64,000 bases of DNA from Eledone cirrhosa (GCA_964016885.1 OZ024743.1:73160001-73224000), one strand, 5' to 3'; positions 1-12,985 are shown, counted from the first letter of the stretch. Notes: generated from the letters alone by a model not told the origin. Program-made: numbers and translations.

Positions 1-232
1 TATAAATTATATATTATATATATATATACATATATATATGGTTCAGAAATCAATATTGATGTATATATGTATGTTCATATATCGCCAGATTGTTATATAT
101 ATAACAAAGGTTGCGAACACTAGATTAGATATCTGAAGAACCAAAACGAACCATTAACTCGCTTTGTGGAAATGTCATAGCTGTTTTGTAAGAAGATTAA
201 TAAATTTATGTAGTGTATCCCTTTCTCTCTCT

Positions 233-288
<56 letters not shown>

Positions 289-302
289 ATATATATATAT
301 AT

Positions 303-1068
303 TACATGTTTCAGTCCTGGGAGTCCTTTTACATCATGGATCACAGGACTCGCGCACCAGGACTGAACAAAGTCTGATTCACCGCCTTCAGTCCTATTCC
401 CCCTCTTGGACTCTACTCACCTCCCCAATTTCTCTAATACCTCTCCATTATCACACCCCTAGATTCCTATCGCTTTCTCTTGATCATTAGCAGCTTCTCT
501 TACTACTAATACAGGCCGACTATATATGGTCACTCCACTTTTCCCTTCACTGCTTTGTATACCCACATACACACCCTTATATTAACATACTTTTGCTCAT
601 AGCTGCATACTTACATGAACACCCACTCTTTTACTCACCTATACACACATTTCTTCTTAGCTTCGTACGGACGTATAACACACACACACGCGCACGCACA
701 CACACACACACACACACTTGTCTACGCACATGCACAAGTATAGCTCTTTTTACAAAACGTTTTTTTTTCATTTCAGGTAGAGGCGCTCCATCAACCACTT
801 TTCTGAAAAATAAATCATACACAAAACGCCAGCACCAACAGTTTTGCAAGAGTCAACATGAATGGACCTGTTATTTTTATCTAAAGACATTTTTTCCAAT
901 TCCATCCTACCCGTCCCCTTAATCTATCTTATTTCTCAATCTTTCTTATTATGAAGGACTAGCGTCCGAAACGTAAAGTCCCTCTTCCTGCTATATCAAG
1001 CGTTAACCTAATATATCACTTCCATATACTGTAGCGACTGTGTTATTATTTCTGTTTACCATTTACAT
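303..1068 (+). mobile_element. 3' remnant of a Penelope-like retroelement (GIY-YIG C-terminus, 3' UTR, decayed HHR)
   Basis: Translation HVSVLGVLLHHGSQDSRTRTEQSLIHRLQSYSP resembles the R..EQ.LI..L....P tail of PLE GIY-YIG endonucleases. A mutated HHR lies at 945-978. (TA)n flanks both sides. Confidence 0.55.
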
Positions 1069-1262
1069 ATAATATATATAAATATTTATATATATTAGAA
1101 ATTGGAATAAATGCTCTGAAATAGCGATATATATGTGAATATAGACATAGAATATTCGAAAATATTCTGTATGTTTATAATAAACATTTTGAAGACCTAA
1201 TCGCTATAGAATAGAATACGTCACGTATTACAATTAGATTCTCGATAAAAGCAAGGGAAGTA

Positions 1263-1301
1263 AGTCTACGCGTTTCATTCTTGTTAGAATTCATCAGGAC
1301 T
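1263..1301 (-). ncRNA. Same hammerhead ribozyme, inverted copy (second inverted copy at 1574-1612)
   Basis: Exact reverse complement of the 1939-1977 motif. Confidence 0.88.
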
Positions 1302-1938
1302 ACATATCCAGTGCTTTTATCGAGAATGACACAGCTAGAGACTTATAGAATACTTAGCTGTGTACAGGAACTGGTTTGAAAGAGCGGTTGCCGGTCCGGC
1401 AGAAATTAGAAATTGGAATAAATGCTCTGAAATAGCGATATATATGTGAATATAGACATAGAATATTCGAAAATATTCTGTATGTTTATAATAAACATTT
1501 TGAAGACCTAATCGCTATAGAATAGAATACGTCACGTATTACAATTAGATTCTCGATAAAAGCAAGGGAAGTAAGTCTACGCGTTTCATTCTTGTTAGAA
1601 TTCATCAGGACTACATATCCAGTGCTTTTATCGAGAATGACACAGCTAGAGACTTATAGAATACTTAGCTGTGTACAGGAACATCGAGAATCTAATTGTA
1701 ATACGTGACGTATTCTATTCTATAGCGATTAGGTCTTCAAAATGTTTATTATAAACATACAGAATATTTTCGAATATTCTATGTCTATATTCACATATAT
1801 ATCGCTATTTCAGAGCATTTATTCCAATTTCTAATTTCTGCCGGACCGGCAACCGCTCTTTCAAACCAGTTCCTGTACACAGCTAAGTATTCTATAAGTC
1901 TCTAGCTGTGTCATTCTCGATAAAAGCACTGGATATGT

Positions 1939-1977
1939 AGTCCTGATGAATTCTAACAAGAATGAAACGCGTAGACT
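1939..1977 (+). ncRNA. Minimal type I hammerhead ribozyme (first of 9 plus-strand copies, cores at 1943+311n up to 4431)
   Basis: AGTC-CTGATGA-ATTCT-AACA-AGAAT-GAAAC-GC-GTA-GACT. Core intact, stem I AGTC/GACT, stem II ATTCT/AGAAT, palindromic stem III ACGCGT, GUA cleavage triplet. Confidence 0.9.
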
Positions 1978-4675
1978 TACTTCCCTTGCTTTTATCGAGA
2001 ATCTAATTGTAATACGTGACGTATTCTATTCTATAGCGATTAGGTCTTCAAAATGTTTATTATAAACATACAGAATATTTTCGAATATTCTATGTCTATA
2101 TTCACATATATATCGCTATTTCAGAGCATTTATTCCAATTTCTAATTTCTGCCGGACCGGCAACCGCTCTTTCAAACCAGTTCCTGTACACAGCTAAGTA
2201 TTCTATAAGTCTCTAGCTGTGTCATTCTCGATAAAAGCACTGGATATGTAGTCCTGATGAATTCTAACAAGAATGAAACGCGTAGACTTACTTCCCTTGC
2301 TTTTATCGAGAATCTAATTGTAATACGTGACGTATTCTATTCTATAGCGATTAGGTCTTCAAAATGTTTATTATAAACATACAGAATATTTTCGAATATT
2401 CTATGTCTATATTCACATATATATCGCTATTTCAGAGCATTTATTCCAATTTCTAATTTCTGCCGGACCGGCAACCGCTCTTTCAAACCAGTTCCTGTAC
2501 ACAGCTAAGTATTCTATAAGTCTCTAGCTGTGTCATTCTCGATAAAAGCACTGGATATGTAGTCCTGATGAATTCTAACAAGAATGAAACGCGTAGACTT
2601 ACTTCCCTTGCTTTTATCGAGAATCTAATTGTAATACGTGACGTATTCTATTCTATAGCGATTAGGTCTTCAAAATGTTTATTATAAACATACAGAATAT
2701 TTTCGAATATTCTATGTCTATATTCACATATATATCGCTATTTCAGAGCATTTATTCCAATTTCTAATTTCTGCCGGACCGGCAACCGCTCTTTCAAACC
2801 AGTTCCTGTACACAGCTAAGTATTCTATAAGTCTCTAGCTGTGTCATTCTCGATAAAAGCACTGGATATGTAGTCCTGATGAATTCTAACAAGAATGAAA
2901 CGCGTAGACTTACTTCCCTTGCTTTTATCGAGAATCTAATTGTAATACGTGACGTATTCTATTCTATAGCGATTAGGTCTTCAAAATGTTTATTATAAAC
3001 ATACAGAATATTTTCGAATATTCTATGTCTATATTCACATATATATCGCTATTTCAGAGCATTTATTCCAATTTCTAATTTCTGCCGGACCGGCAACCGC
3101 TCTTTCAAACCAGTTCCTGTACACAGCTAAGTATTCTATAAGTCTCTAGCTGTGTCATTCTCGATAAAAGCACTGGATATGTAGTCCTGATGAATTCTAA
3201 CAAGAATGAAACGCGTAGACTTACTTCCCTTGCTTTTATCGAGAATCTAATTGTAATACGTGACGTATTCTATTCTATAGCGATTAGGTCTTCAAAATGT
3301 TTATTATAAACATACAGAATATTTTCGAATATTCTATGTCTATATTCACATATATATCGCTATTTCAGAGCATTTATTCCAATTTCTAATTTCTGCCGGA
3401 CCGGCAACCGCTCTTTCAAACCAGTTCCTGTACACAGCTAAGTATTCTATAAGTCTCTAGCTGTGTCATTCTCGATAAAAGCACTGGATATGTAGTCCTG
3501 ATGAATTCTAACAAGAATGAAACGCGTAGACTTACTTCCCTTGCTTTTATCGAGAATCTAATTGTAATACGTGACGTATTCTATTCTATAGCGATTAGGT
3601 CTTCAAAATGTTTATTATAAACATACAGAATATTTTCGAATATTCTATGTCTATATTCACATATATATCGCTATTTCAGAGCATTTATTCCAATTTCTAA
3701 TTTCTGCCGGACCGGCAACCGCTCTTTCAAACCAGTTCCTGTACACAGCTAAGTATTCTATAAGTCTCTAGCTGTGTCATTCTCGATAAAAGCACTGGAT
3801 ATGTAGTCCTGATGAATTCTAACAAGAATGAAACGCGTAGACTTACTTCCCTTGCTTTTATCGAGAATCTAATTGTAATACGTGACGTATTCTATTCTAT
3901 AGCGATTAGGTCTTCAAAATGTTTATTATAAACATACAGAATATTTTCGAATATTCTATGTCTATATTCACATATATATCGCTATTTCAGAGCATTTATT
4001 CCAATTTCTAATTTCTGCCGGACCGGCAACCGCTCTTTCAAACCAGTTCCTGTACACAGCTAAGTATTCTATAAGTCTCTAGCTGTGTCATTCTCGATAA
4101 AAGCACTGGATATGTAGTCCTGATGAATTCTAACAAGAATGAAACGCGTAGACTTACTTCCCTTGCTTTTATCGAGAATCTAATTGTAATACGTGACGTA
4201 TTCTATTCTATAGCGATTAGGTCTTCAAAATGTTTATTATAAACATACAGAATATTTTCGAATATTCTATGTCTATATTCACATATATATCGCTATTTCA
4301 GAGCATTTATTCCAATTTCTAATTTCTGCCGGACCGGCAACCGCTCTTTCAAACCAGTTCCTGTACACAGCTAAGTATTCTATAAGTCTCTAGCTGTGTC
4401 ATTCTCGATAAAAGCACTGGATATGTAGTCCTGATGAATTCTAACAAGAATGAAACGCGTAGACTTACTTCCCTTGCTTTTATCGAGAATCTAATTGTAA
4501 TACGTGACGTATTCTATTCTATAGCGATTAGGTCTTCAAAATGTTTATTATAAACATACAGAATATTTTCGAATATTCTATGTCTATATTTATATATATA
4601 TAAAACCAAGGTCTAGTGAATAGAGAAAAAGTTTTAAAATAAATTTTTAAAAATTCGGTGTACTTACTATATGTG

Positions 4676-4746
4676 CCTTTACCGCGGTTTCATGCTCCAG
4701 AATAAACGGAAAATCCAAGCGGATTCCATTGAGAAGGGAGCAATCT
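4676..4746 (-). ncRNA. 5'-truncated HHR with enlarged stem II
   Basis: Minus strand reads GA-T-TGCTCC-[insert with GGAATCC/GGATTTT hairpin]-GGAGCA-T-GAAAC-CGCG-GTA. The CTGAT part is replaced by (TA)n. Confidence 0.5.
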
Positions 4747-5097
4747 ATATATATATATATATATGTAGATAAATCTACCAAGAGTTTACGGTAGTGTCCA
4801 ATCCGTATGAAGAACTCAATGTATTCCGGATATCATGGAAAGAAGAGATGTAATGAAAATTCACTTTCGGTGAAAGATAAACGGTATACAGAGTCAAGAT
4901 TATTTCTGAAGACGGCGTATATATGTGTTAGGTATGTATATTTAATCTTGATAATTTGTATAATTTTGTATAATTTTGTACATAGATCTGTTGAATATGC
5001 ATACCAATTATAACACATATATACCCTAGAAACGATCGTTAAATAGTGAACTTTTTTTGTTTAATATAAGGAATTGTTTGTTCATTATTTGTTTAAA

Positions 5098-5169
<72 letters not shown>

Positions 5170-5172
<3 letters not shown>

Positions 5173-5440
5173 TGCATGCATCGTCCCGTAAGTCCTGCGG
5201 AGTCGTAGGGACGCTGTATTAACACAGGGTATTTCTAGAGGGAGTGACAGAATAGAAGTGAGAAAGAGATATGGAGAAAGAATCGACCCCAGTACTAGCC
5301 TGGCACATTTTCTATCGACCTCGAATGGATGAAAAGCAAAGTTGACCTCGGCGGCATTCGAACTGAGAGAGTAGAGAGGTGGAATGAATGCCACAAAACA
5401 TTCTATCTGACGTTCTAACGACTCTGTCAATTCTCCGCCT
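5170..5440 (-). mobile_element. tRNA-derived SINE, long-tail subfamily (relatives at about 24825-25225 + and 57015-57395 +)
   Basis: B-box-like gttcgaatgcc followed by the shared central domain tttgcttttcatcc...ggtcgata. The 3' tail ccctacgactccgcaggacttacggga is shared among the three copies. Confidence 0.7.
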
Positions 5441-5468
5441 ATATATATACATACATATATACATACAC

Positions 5469-5609
<141 letters not shown>

Positions 5610-6239
5610 GACTTTCTCGTAAATATACGTGAAGCGGTACATTGTAGTCGAGTGTGTTTGAGTGAATATTCGTGTTCAGTAATATCCTGTCATTTTATTG
5701 GTAAATAATATTAGGAGAGAATGATTGGTACTGACATGATATTATCATGATATGATCCGATTCAATATTCCTGTTCTACTCAACGAAGAACTATAACCGT
5801 AATCACCATCAACACCTGTTCAGCTAACAGACAGAGATACCGCCATCATATATAACACCACTATCAATACAACATCAACAACACAACTGAACTTCTAAGG
5901 AAGGCTAGAAGAAACACCACCTCTACAACATGCATTAGCAACAGCTAACCAACAATCGACTCTCTACTCCTTCGAATAACATACTAGAAATAACAGCAAC
6001 ATTCCTCTCAAATCAGAGGAACTGAGATTGTTATGGCTTGGATCGGTTACTGATATGTCTGCTCGATTAACCTTGTACTAAACAATTTTCATTAACATTA
6101 ACAACAGCATTGACACCAATACAAACACAACCGAAATTCCTTAACAAAGTCAAAGGTAGAACCTGTGTGTAGTTGTTCAGCATCCAGATTCCCTTCCACT
6201 AAACCCTCCGTCTTGACCCGTTATGTAATGTACACTTCC

Positions 6240-6500
6240 TCTTCTCTTCTTCTTTGTCCTCGTATTCCTGGGAGGGTTCTCGATGACATAGTCCTCAAAT
6301 ACTCCGTCCAGCGTGTTCAGTCACATGCTCATAGTATTGTAGCTGTGATCTCTCAGTTCGGAGATGTAGCGGCTCTACCTGGAGCGACTCTCTGATCTCC
6401 GAGCTACACATTCTATCAAATAAGGTTACTTTAAAGTCCTTTCGGAGGAATACCATTTCGGTCGTTTGTATTCGCGATTGGATTCTTTCTGTCATTACTC
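6240..6500 (-). mobile_element. RTE-clade LINE 3' fragment
   Basis: ERIQSRIQTTEMVFLR...SSEIRESLQVEPL is typical post-RT RTE sequence. Same family as 26840-27420. GAA-like tail. Confidence 0.8.
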
Positions 6501-6745
6501 AAGTTTCATCACCAAGTTTCATTATCCACGTTTCATGATAGGTAAGAGGTGGTTCCACTGGTTTGTCATTGATATTTTTTTTTAAAGTTCTTTCCTCGTG
6601 CTCATCGTCGTACACCCTAGAGTATTTGCACCACACATTCCTTGACTTCATGAAGAGATAACTCGATAATATCCTTTAATGGGCTCATATCAATTGTGTT
6701 TCTTGAACATGTAAACCAGACCATTATTTTACCTAGAAAGGGTGT

Positions 6746-6922
6746 TGGATTGGCAGTATCGGTAGAGGGTCTGACGCCATGCTTTGCAGCAAAGAGTTAC
6801 GGCCCTTTATAGTCTGAGTTCAAATCCCACCGAGATTAACTTTGCCTTTCATCCTTACGGGGTCGATAAAATAAAGCACTGTGATAATTTCTGGCCTTGT
6901 GCCAAAAGTAGAAACAATTATT
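6746..6922 (+). mobile_element. tRNA-derived SINE (main family)
   Basis: A-box-like tggcagtatcgg, B-box gagttcaaatcc, central aactttgcctttcatccttacggggtcgataaaataaag. More than 15 copies in the window. Confidence 0.85.
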
Positions 6923-8321
6923 ATACCTAGAAAGGAGGTAATATTATACTCCCCATCTTTAAACATGTACAGCAAACACCTAAAATCCTCATTGTCTCAA
7001 GAAATGATCATAATTATAAATCTCTCCTGGTAAACACACTAAGAACAGGTAACTTTATAATGACTCGCATCTTTAGGGATATAAAATATTTCACCCATAA
7101 CGTTTTTTTATTCCTATAGAATGTTCAGATGAGAACCATGACCAATAGGTCTCCCATATTTAAAGTGGTACTATTGCTGCACACATAAATTCTAGTCAAC
7201 AGATGGTCCTACAACTAACTGATTGATGTGAACTCATTCACCGAATCATTTCAACCTCTGACTCATAGCAATGTTGCATCCTTGACTATATTTCCGTCTC
7301 GCTTGAATCTTCTCTCCAGCTTCACTAACGGTGCGCTACACTAAGACTTTTCTTCTCGTCAACTTGCTTTCTCTGTCGGTATTTTTCTTGAATCTGTCCA
7401 ATTTCAACAACTGAAAAAGAATATTATCTGCTTCAAATTCACTCATTTGTCAGGCGCAAATTTAAAGGAATGTAAATGTTGCTGAATCACTAATGACCTG
7501 GAAGCAAACAACAATAATAGCTCTATAAAATCCTCAAGAATACAAACAATACAGATATATTATCTAACCTTGATTACAACAATAAAAATATTCAATGATA
7601 AATGTTTGTGTTCAATCTGGTAACCTAATCACAGTTTGTTGCAAACAGAAATTAGAATGCACAAAATATAACAGCAACATAACAGCCAAAATAACGATTA
7701 ATAATTATAATTATAATTATTCTTCCTCTAAAAATGATTGCTCATATGGAATAATTCCAGCTTGATCTTTGATTTCCAATTTGTAATTGATGAAAGACGA
7801 AAAGATAATGCTCCAGTGAAAATCTCACATTAAATCGCAGTGTTCCATAATACATTCAAACGCATCTGGTATATTTATGAATTACTGCGTTTATTTTGTT
7901 TTCAGAACTTAATATTTTAAAAGCAAACAGCTTCGTATGAATGTTATAAACATTGACAAATTGCGCAGCCTGTTTGTTAAAGATTCAACACGCTGTCTTC
8001 TTCCATTGTCTCTAAGATAACTGTGTTTCCTTCATCTACTGTTATAAGTGGATTTTCAAGCATGCTGTAAAATGAGCATGATAAATTAGAAGTCATTTCG
8101 AACAGTTAAGATGGAGATATCGTTTTTTATATTGAAACACTATGATGAAGAATATGTTTTATTTCACCCTTACGATCACTAGTTGTCTTGTGTTTGCTTC
8201 ATCTACCATAACGTTCCATCTTACATCCACATCTTTCCACACCTGAAAACTAGACAAAGATTGCCAGATAATAACTTCCATAGAAATTAGCACACATTTC
8301 CTGAAATGTAGGGTGTTAGTT

Positions 8322-8490
8322 TTCTTCTTCTTCTTCTTCTTCTTCTTCTTCTTCTTCTTCTTCTTCTTCTTCTTCTTCTTCTTCTTCTTCTTCTTCTTCT
8401 TCTTCTTCTTCTTCTTCTTCTCCCAACAGGTCCTATCAGAAGCAACCGTCTCCAACTGATCCGGTTGAATCCCCAAGCTCATGGATGATA
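8322..8490 (-). mobile_element. RTE 3' end with (GAA)n tail
   Basis: LGIQPDQLETVASDRTCW precedes (TTC)n on the plus strand and matches 26900-26945. Confidence 0.6.
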
Positions 8491-8526
8491 GAAGTTTAAA
8501 TATATAATAGTTGAGAATTTCTCTAA

Positions 8527-8580
<54 letters not shown>

Positions 8581-9345
8581 ATGTGTGTGTGTGTGTGTAC
8601 GTGTGTGTATGTGTGTTTGCACCTGTGTTTAAATATGTGTGTGTGTGCATGTTGTGGATCCGTTTAAATGTATATTTATGATAATTTAATGTACTCAATA
8701 GAATTCTTACTTTTAAATGTGAAACAGAAAATTCAAGTAGCAGGTCGCATATTCTGTCGCAATGAATCTCCCTGAGAATTACTTTATGGGTACACGCGTC
8801 TGTGAAATTCTCAGCCACTTACACTTTAATTTTACTAGTATGGGTTTCTGTTGAGCAAACAACTACAGCACTCATCGTCGAAAACGTGGAAGGTCCATTC
8901 CAGTCTGTTCCATTTCAGAAAACTTAGAAACACATTTAGATAAATGTGCGCGTGTGTGTGTGTAATCAGGTGTGTGTGTGTACATAATCAGGTGCCTGTT
9001 TGTGTGTATATAATCCTGTGTATGTGTGTGTGTATTGAGGTACGTGAGTGTGTACTACCATAGCGTGATAATTTGATCAAATAAAACTGCTTAGTTGGAG
9101 AACATTGTCTTTTCGACGACGTGACACTTTAGCTAAATGTACAGAGCACGTGAGGTAAGTATTGATTGAGTGACGCCCTCTAACTTCAGTTATTGATTAA
9201 CATCGGTTCAACATAAATAGACTCTGTTTTCCCGGCTATATACAGCATTTCTGGTCACCAAATATTTCCTATAATCATGTAGATATATAAGAGAAGCCAG
9301 CAAAAACAAACATACACACCTACATAACTATATAACTATATATAC

Positions 9346-9862
9346 TGGTATTGGCAGTATCAGTAGAATGTCGGACGCCATGCCATCCAGCATCGTTACG
9401 TCCCTTTACGGTCTGAGTTCAAATCCCGCCAAGGTTAACTTTGCCTTTCATCCTTACGGGTTAGATAAAATAAAGTATCGACTGGGTGATTGCTGGCATT
9501 GTGCCAAAGGTGGAAACAATTATTATCAATATTATTGATAACAGAGCGGTGGTTTGGCAGTATAGGTAGAGCGTCAGACACTATGCTTTGCAGCATAGTT
9601 ATGGTCCTTTGCGTTCTGAGTTCAAGTCCAGCCGAGGTTAACTTTACCTTTCATCCTTACGAGGTCGATAAAATAAAGTACCAAGAGGGTCGGATTGGCA
9701 GTATCGGTAGAGGATCGAGAACCATGCTTTGCAGCATAGAGTTACGGCCCTTTACCATCTTTGTTCAAATCCCGCCGAGGTTAACTTTGCCTTTCATCCT
9801 TACGGGGTCGATAAAATAAAGCACCAGTAATGTACTGGGTATTTTTGGCCTTGTACTAAAAT
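9346..9862 (+). mobile_element. Three head-to-tail SINE copies (about 9346-9526, 9545-9683, 9688-9862)
   Basis: Each has the A/B-box head and the central domain. Confidence 0.85.
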
Positions 9863-10055
9863 TCGGTAAAGGTAACCATAGTGAGTACAATGAATCTTTT
9901 AAAATTTATTTTGAAACCTTTTCTTATTTGCTAAACCTTGATTATATATGTTCTGGCTCGTTAATGTATTAACCTGCCATTGATCCACATTGGCATATGG
10001 TTGGACAATACATGTGTCCCTAGACGCTTTTTGCGTGTAGGGATATATACTTTAT

Positions 10056-10088
<33 letters not shown>

Positions 10089-10643
10089 TCATATATTGTA
10101 ATTTGCGTGCTAAGCTGTGGAAGTATATTCTATATTTACAGAGGAATATTTATCATACATTAATTGTTTCTAATTTAGGCACAAGGCCAGCAATTAACCA
10201 GTGCATTAATGTTATATAAAGTTGTGTTGTTAACCAGAATAATCTAATATAATTTAATATTCTTTCTAACCTACCAATAACAATTCCATTTGCTGTAATT
10301 TGCAGTTTGATTTAATATAACTGTTTTGCTAATAATCAAATAAGTAGTTGGATTATTATAATATAAATGTTTAATCATATAAATATTGGTAAGAAATAAA
10401 AACAATTAATACTGATGGCTTAAACTCTTAAAATTACAATGTATAGTTAATAACCTACATATCAATTCTCCACATATATATTATCAATGGCTGATACATA
10501 AAAGCACCTTCATGGTATTTGAGTGTTTCTTATATGTGGAAAGAACACAATGAAACCATATAATGAAATATTACTCTGCAATCTGGAATCAAAAATTGTT
10601 TAAATTTGATCAAATCAAATTGAGACTACTTTGTCTTCACTGA

Positions 10644-10820
10644 ATTGGCAGCATCGGTAGAGGGTCAGACATGCTTTTCAGTATAGTTACGTCCCTTTGC
10701 GATCTGAGTTCAAATCCCGCCTAGGTTAACTTTGCCTTTCATCCTACGGGGTCGATAAAATAAAGTACCAGTAATGTACTGGGAATTGTTGGCCTTGTAC
10801 TAAAAGTAGAAACAATTATT
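10644..10820 (+). mobile_element. SINE (main family)
   Basis: Same consensus as 6746-6922. Confidence 0.85.
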
Positions 10821-10971
10821 AAATCAATTTGTATATAGTTAGATGGAAATTCAGGTGTGACACGAGTTTCGCAATTGATCAGCTCAGCTTCGATCTCTAT
10901 CGATCGGGCCCGACTCTGGAATCAAAAACTCATCTCACTTCTGTTTCCTGAAATTTATATATATATATATA

Positions 10972-11400
10972 TATTGTTATACTTGGGGAGGGTCATATTG
11001 TTTTAATAATATTGCCAGAATTAATAACAGAACACACTCACTGTTTGGTTGGTTTTCGCTTCTGTATCTTTTATATCAGTTAATTCATTCGGTCCTCAAT
11101 GTTTACCATTGACTGACCAACGGTCAAAAATACAGATACAATATAGACACAAACACATATATATAGTCTAACAAAGTTCTTTCGTTGCACATCTGCAACA
11201 TCGTCAGTGGTGCTATTATGTTCCTCCTGTTGTATTGTATATTTACGCCATCTTTATTTAATCTGTTTATTTATTTATTTATTTATTTTTGTCTCTTCTC
11301 TGAACATGCGTTTGCGTGTGTGTATAGTGTTAGATGTGTGTTCGCGTTTGAGTGACTGTGTTTTGGTTATTGTATTCTATCTTAGTTTACTAGTGTGTGG
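10972..11400 (-). mobile_element. Dispersed repeat carrying an HHR-like motif (other copies at about 20150-20585 + and 41100-41330 -)
   Basis: Shared sequence ...ccaCTGAYGAtgttgcagatgtgcaacGAAAgaactttg... and, in the first two copies, aatatgaccctccccaagtataac. TA flanks. Confidence 0.7.
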
Positions 11401-11720
11401 TTATATGTGTTTGTTGTTATTGTGCTTGTGTATATATATTTATTTATTTTTATATTTCTCTTAAGTCAGTATTGTTTGTTTGGGTGTTATTATTCCATTC
11501 ATTTTTTTCTGTTTAGCTTTAGCCTTCTAAGTTCTATTTCACTTGCCTCTCTGATTTGCCTATCTGCTGGGTCAATTTCTATGTTTAGATATTATTTTAA
11601 TTTCTATGTTGTCTATGTTACCGTCATGTTGTTATCTGGTGTGTTCGTATAGTACTGAACCGTTTTTCTCGTTTGTTAAACTATATATATTTGTTCATAT
11701 CTATATTATATCTGTATTTT

Positions 11721-12453
<733 letters not shown>

Positions 12454-12613
12454 TGTGAGAAAAACCACAGACCCTCCATCTGAACTCTACTTTGGAAAAG
12501 CATTAGAACTGCGAAACCGGTAAAGGAACCAAATAAATATATATATTTAAAAAAAAAATAGGGCTACTCAGCCGACGATATGCATAAGGTTCAACAATCT
12601 GGCATGAAGGTAT

Positions 12614-12656
12614 ACGTTGCTGACGATAGCTAATAAGCTTGAAACTAGTACAGCGT
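12614..12656 (+). ncRNA. Type I hammerhead ribozyme
   Basis: ACGTTG-CTGACGA-T-AGCT-AATA-AGCT-T-GAAAC-TA-GTA-CAGCGT. 6-bp stem I with one GU pair, stem II, palindromic stem III ACTAGT. Confidence 0.82.
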
Positions 12657-12940
12657 TCCTTTGTCAGTGTTAAACAAACGAACAACGATGGTTGCTAGAC
12701 ACTACGGCTTAATACGGGTTGTTTGTTTACAAACACACAGAGCATTATAATAAATGTTCGGTGAATCCATACGTACATATATATATGTGTGCATGTATGT
12801 ATATATATATACATACTACTGTACGTCTGTATACATATATGTATGTACGTGTACATACTTTTATTTAAGTAACAGCCGTACTAAGTGTGGGAAATGAAAT
12901 TTCGTTTCATATTTTCCGTTTATATATATATATACACATA

Positions 12941-12985
<45 letters not shown>

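Larger units (their letters stand above)
1095..4590. repeat. 311-bp tandem array (retrozyme-like): about 1.9 minus-strand copies (1095-1682) then about 9.3 plus-strand copies (1683-4590)
   Basis: The 311 period is seen at ttagaaattgg 1095/1406 and at CTGATGA 1943 through 4431. Copies look identical by eye. Orientation switches at caggaac|atcgagaat. TA-rich flanks. Confidence 0.97.

Noticed and set aside
127-184. HHR-like CTGAAGA...GAAA-TGTCATA
   Set aside because: Stem II is imperfect and there is no convincing stem I. It may be a decayed copy but cannot be supported.
1095-4590. CRISPR array or coding tandem repeat
   Set aside because: Units are identical with no variable spacers, there are no cas genes or ORFs, and the context is eukaryotic.
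6746-6850. tRNA genes
   Set aside because: The A/B boxes belong to SINE heads. There is no cloverleaf and each continues into the SINE body.
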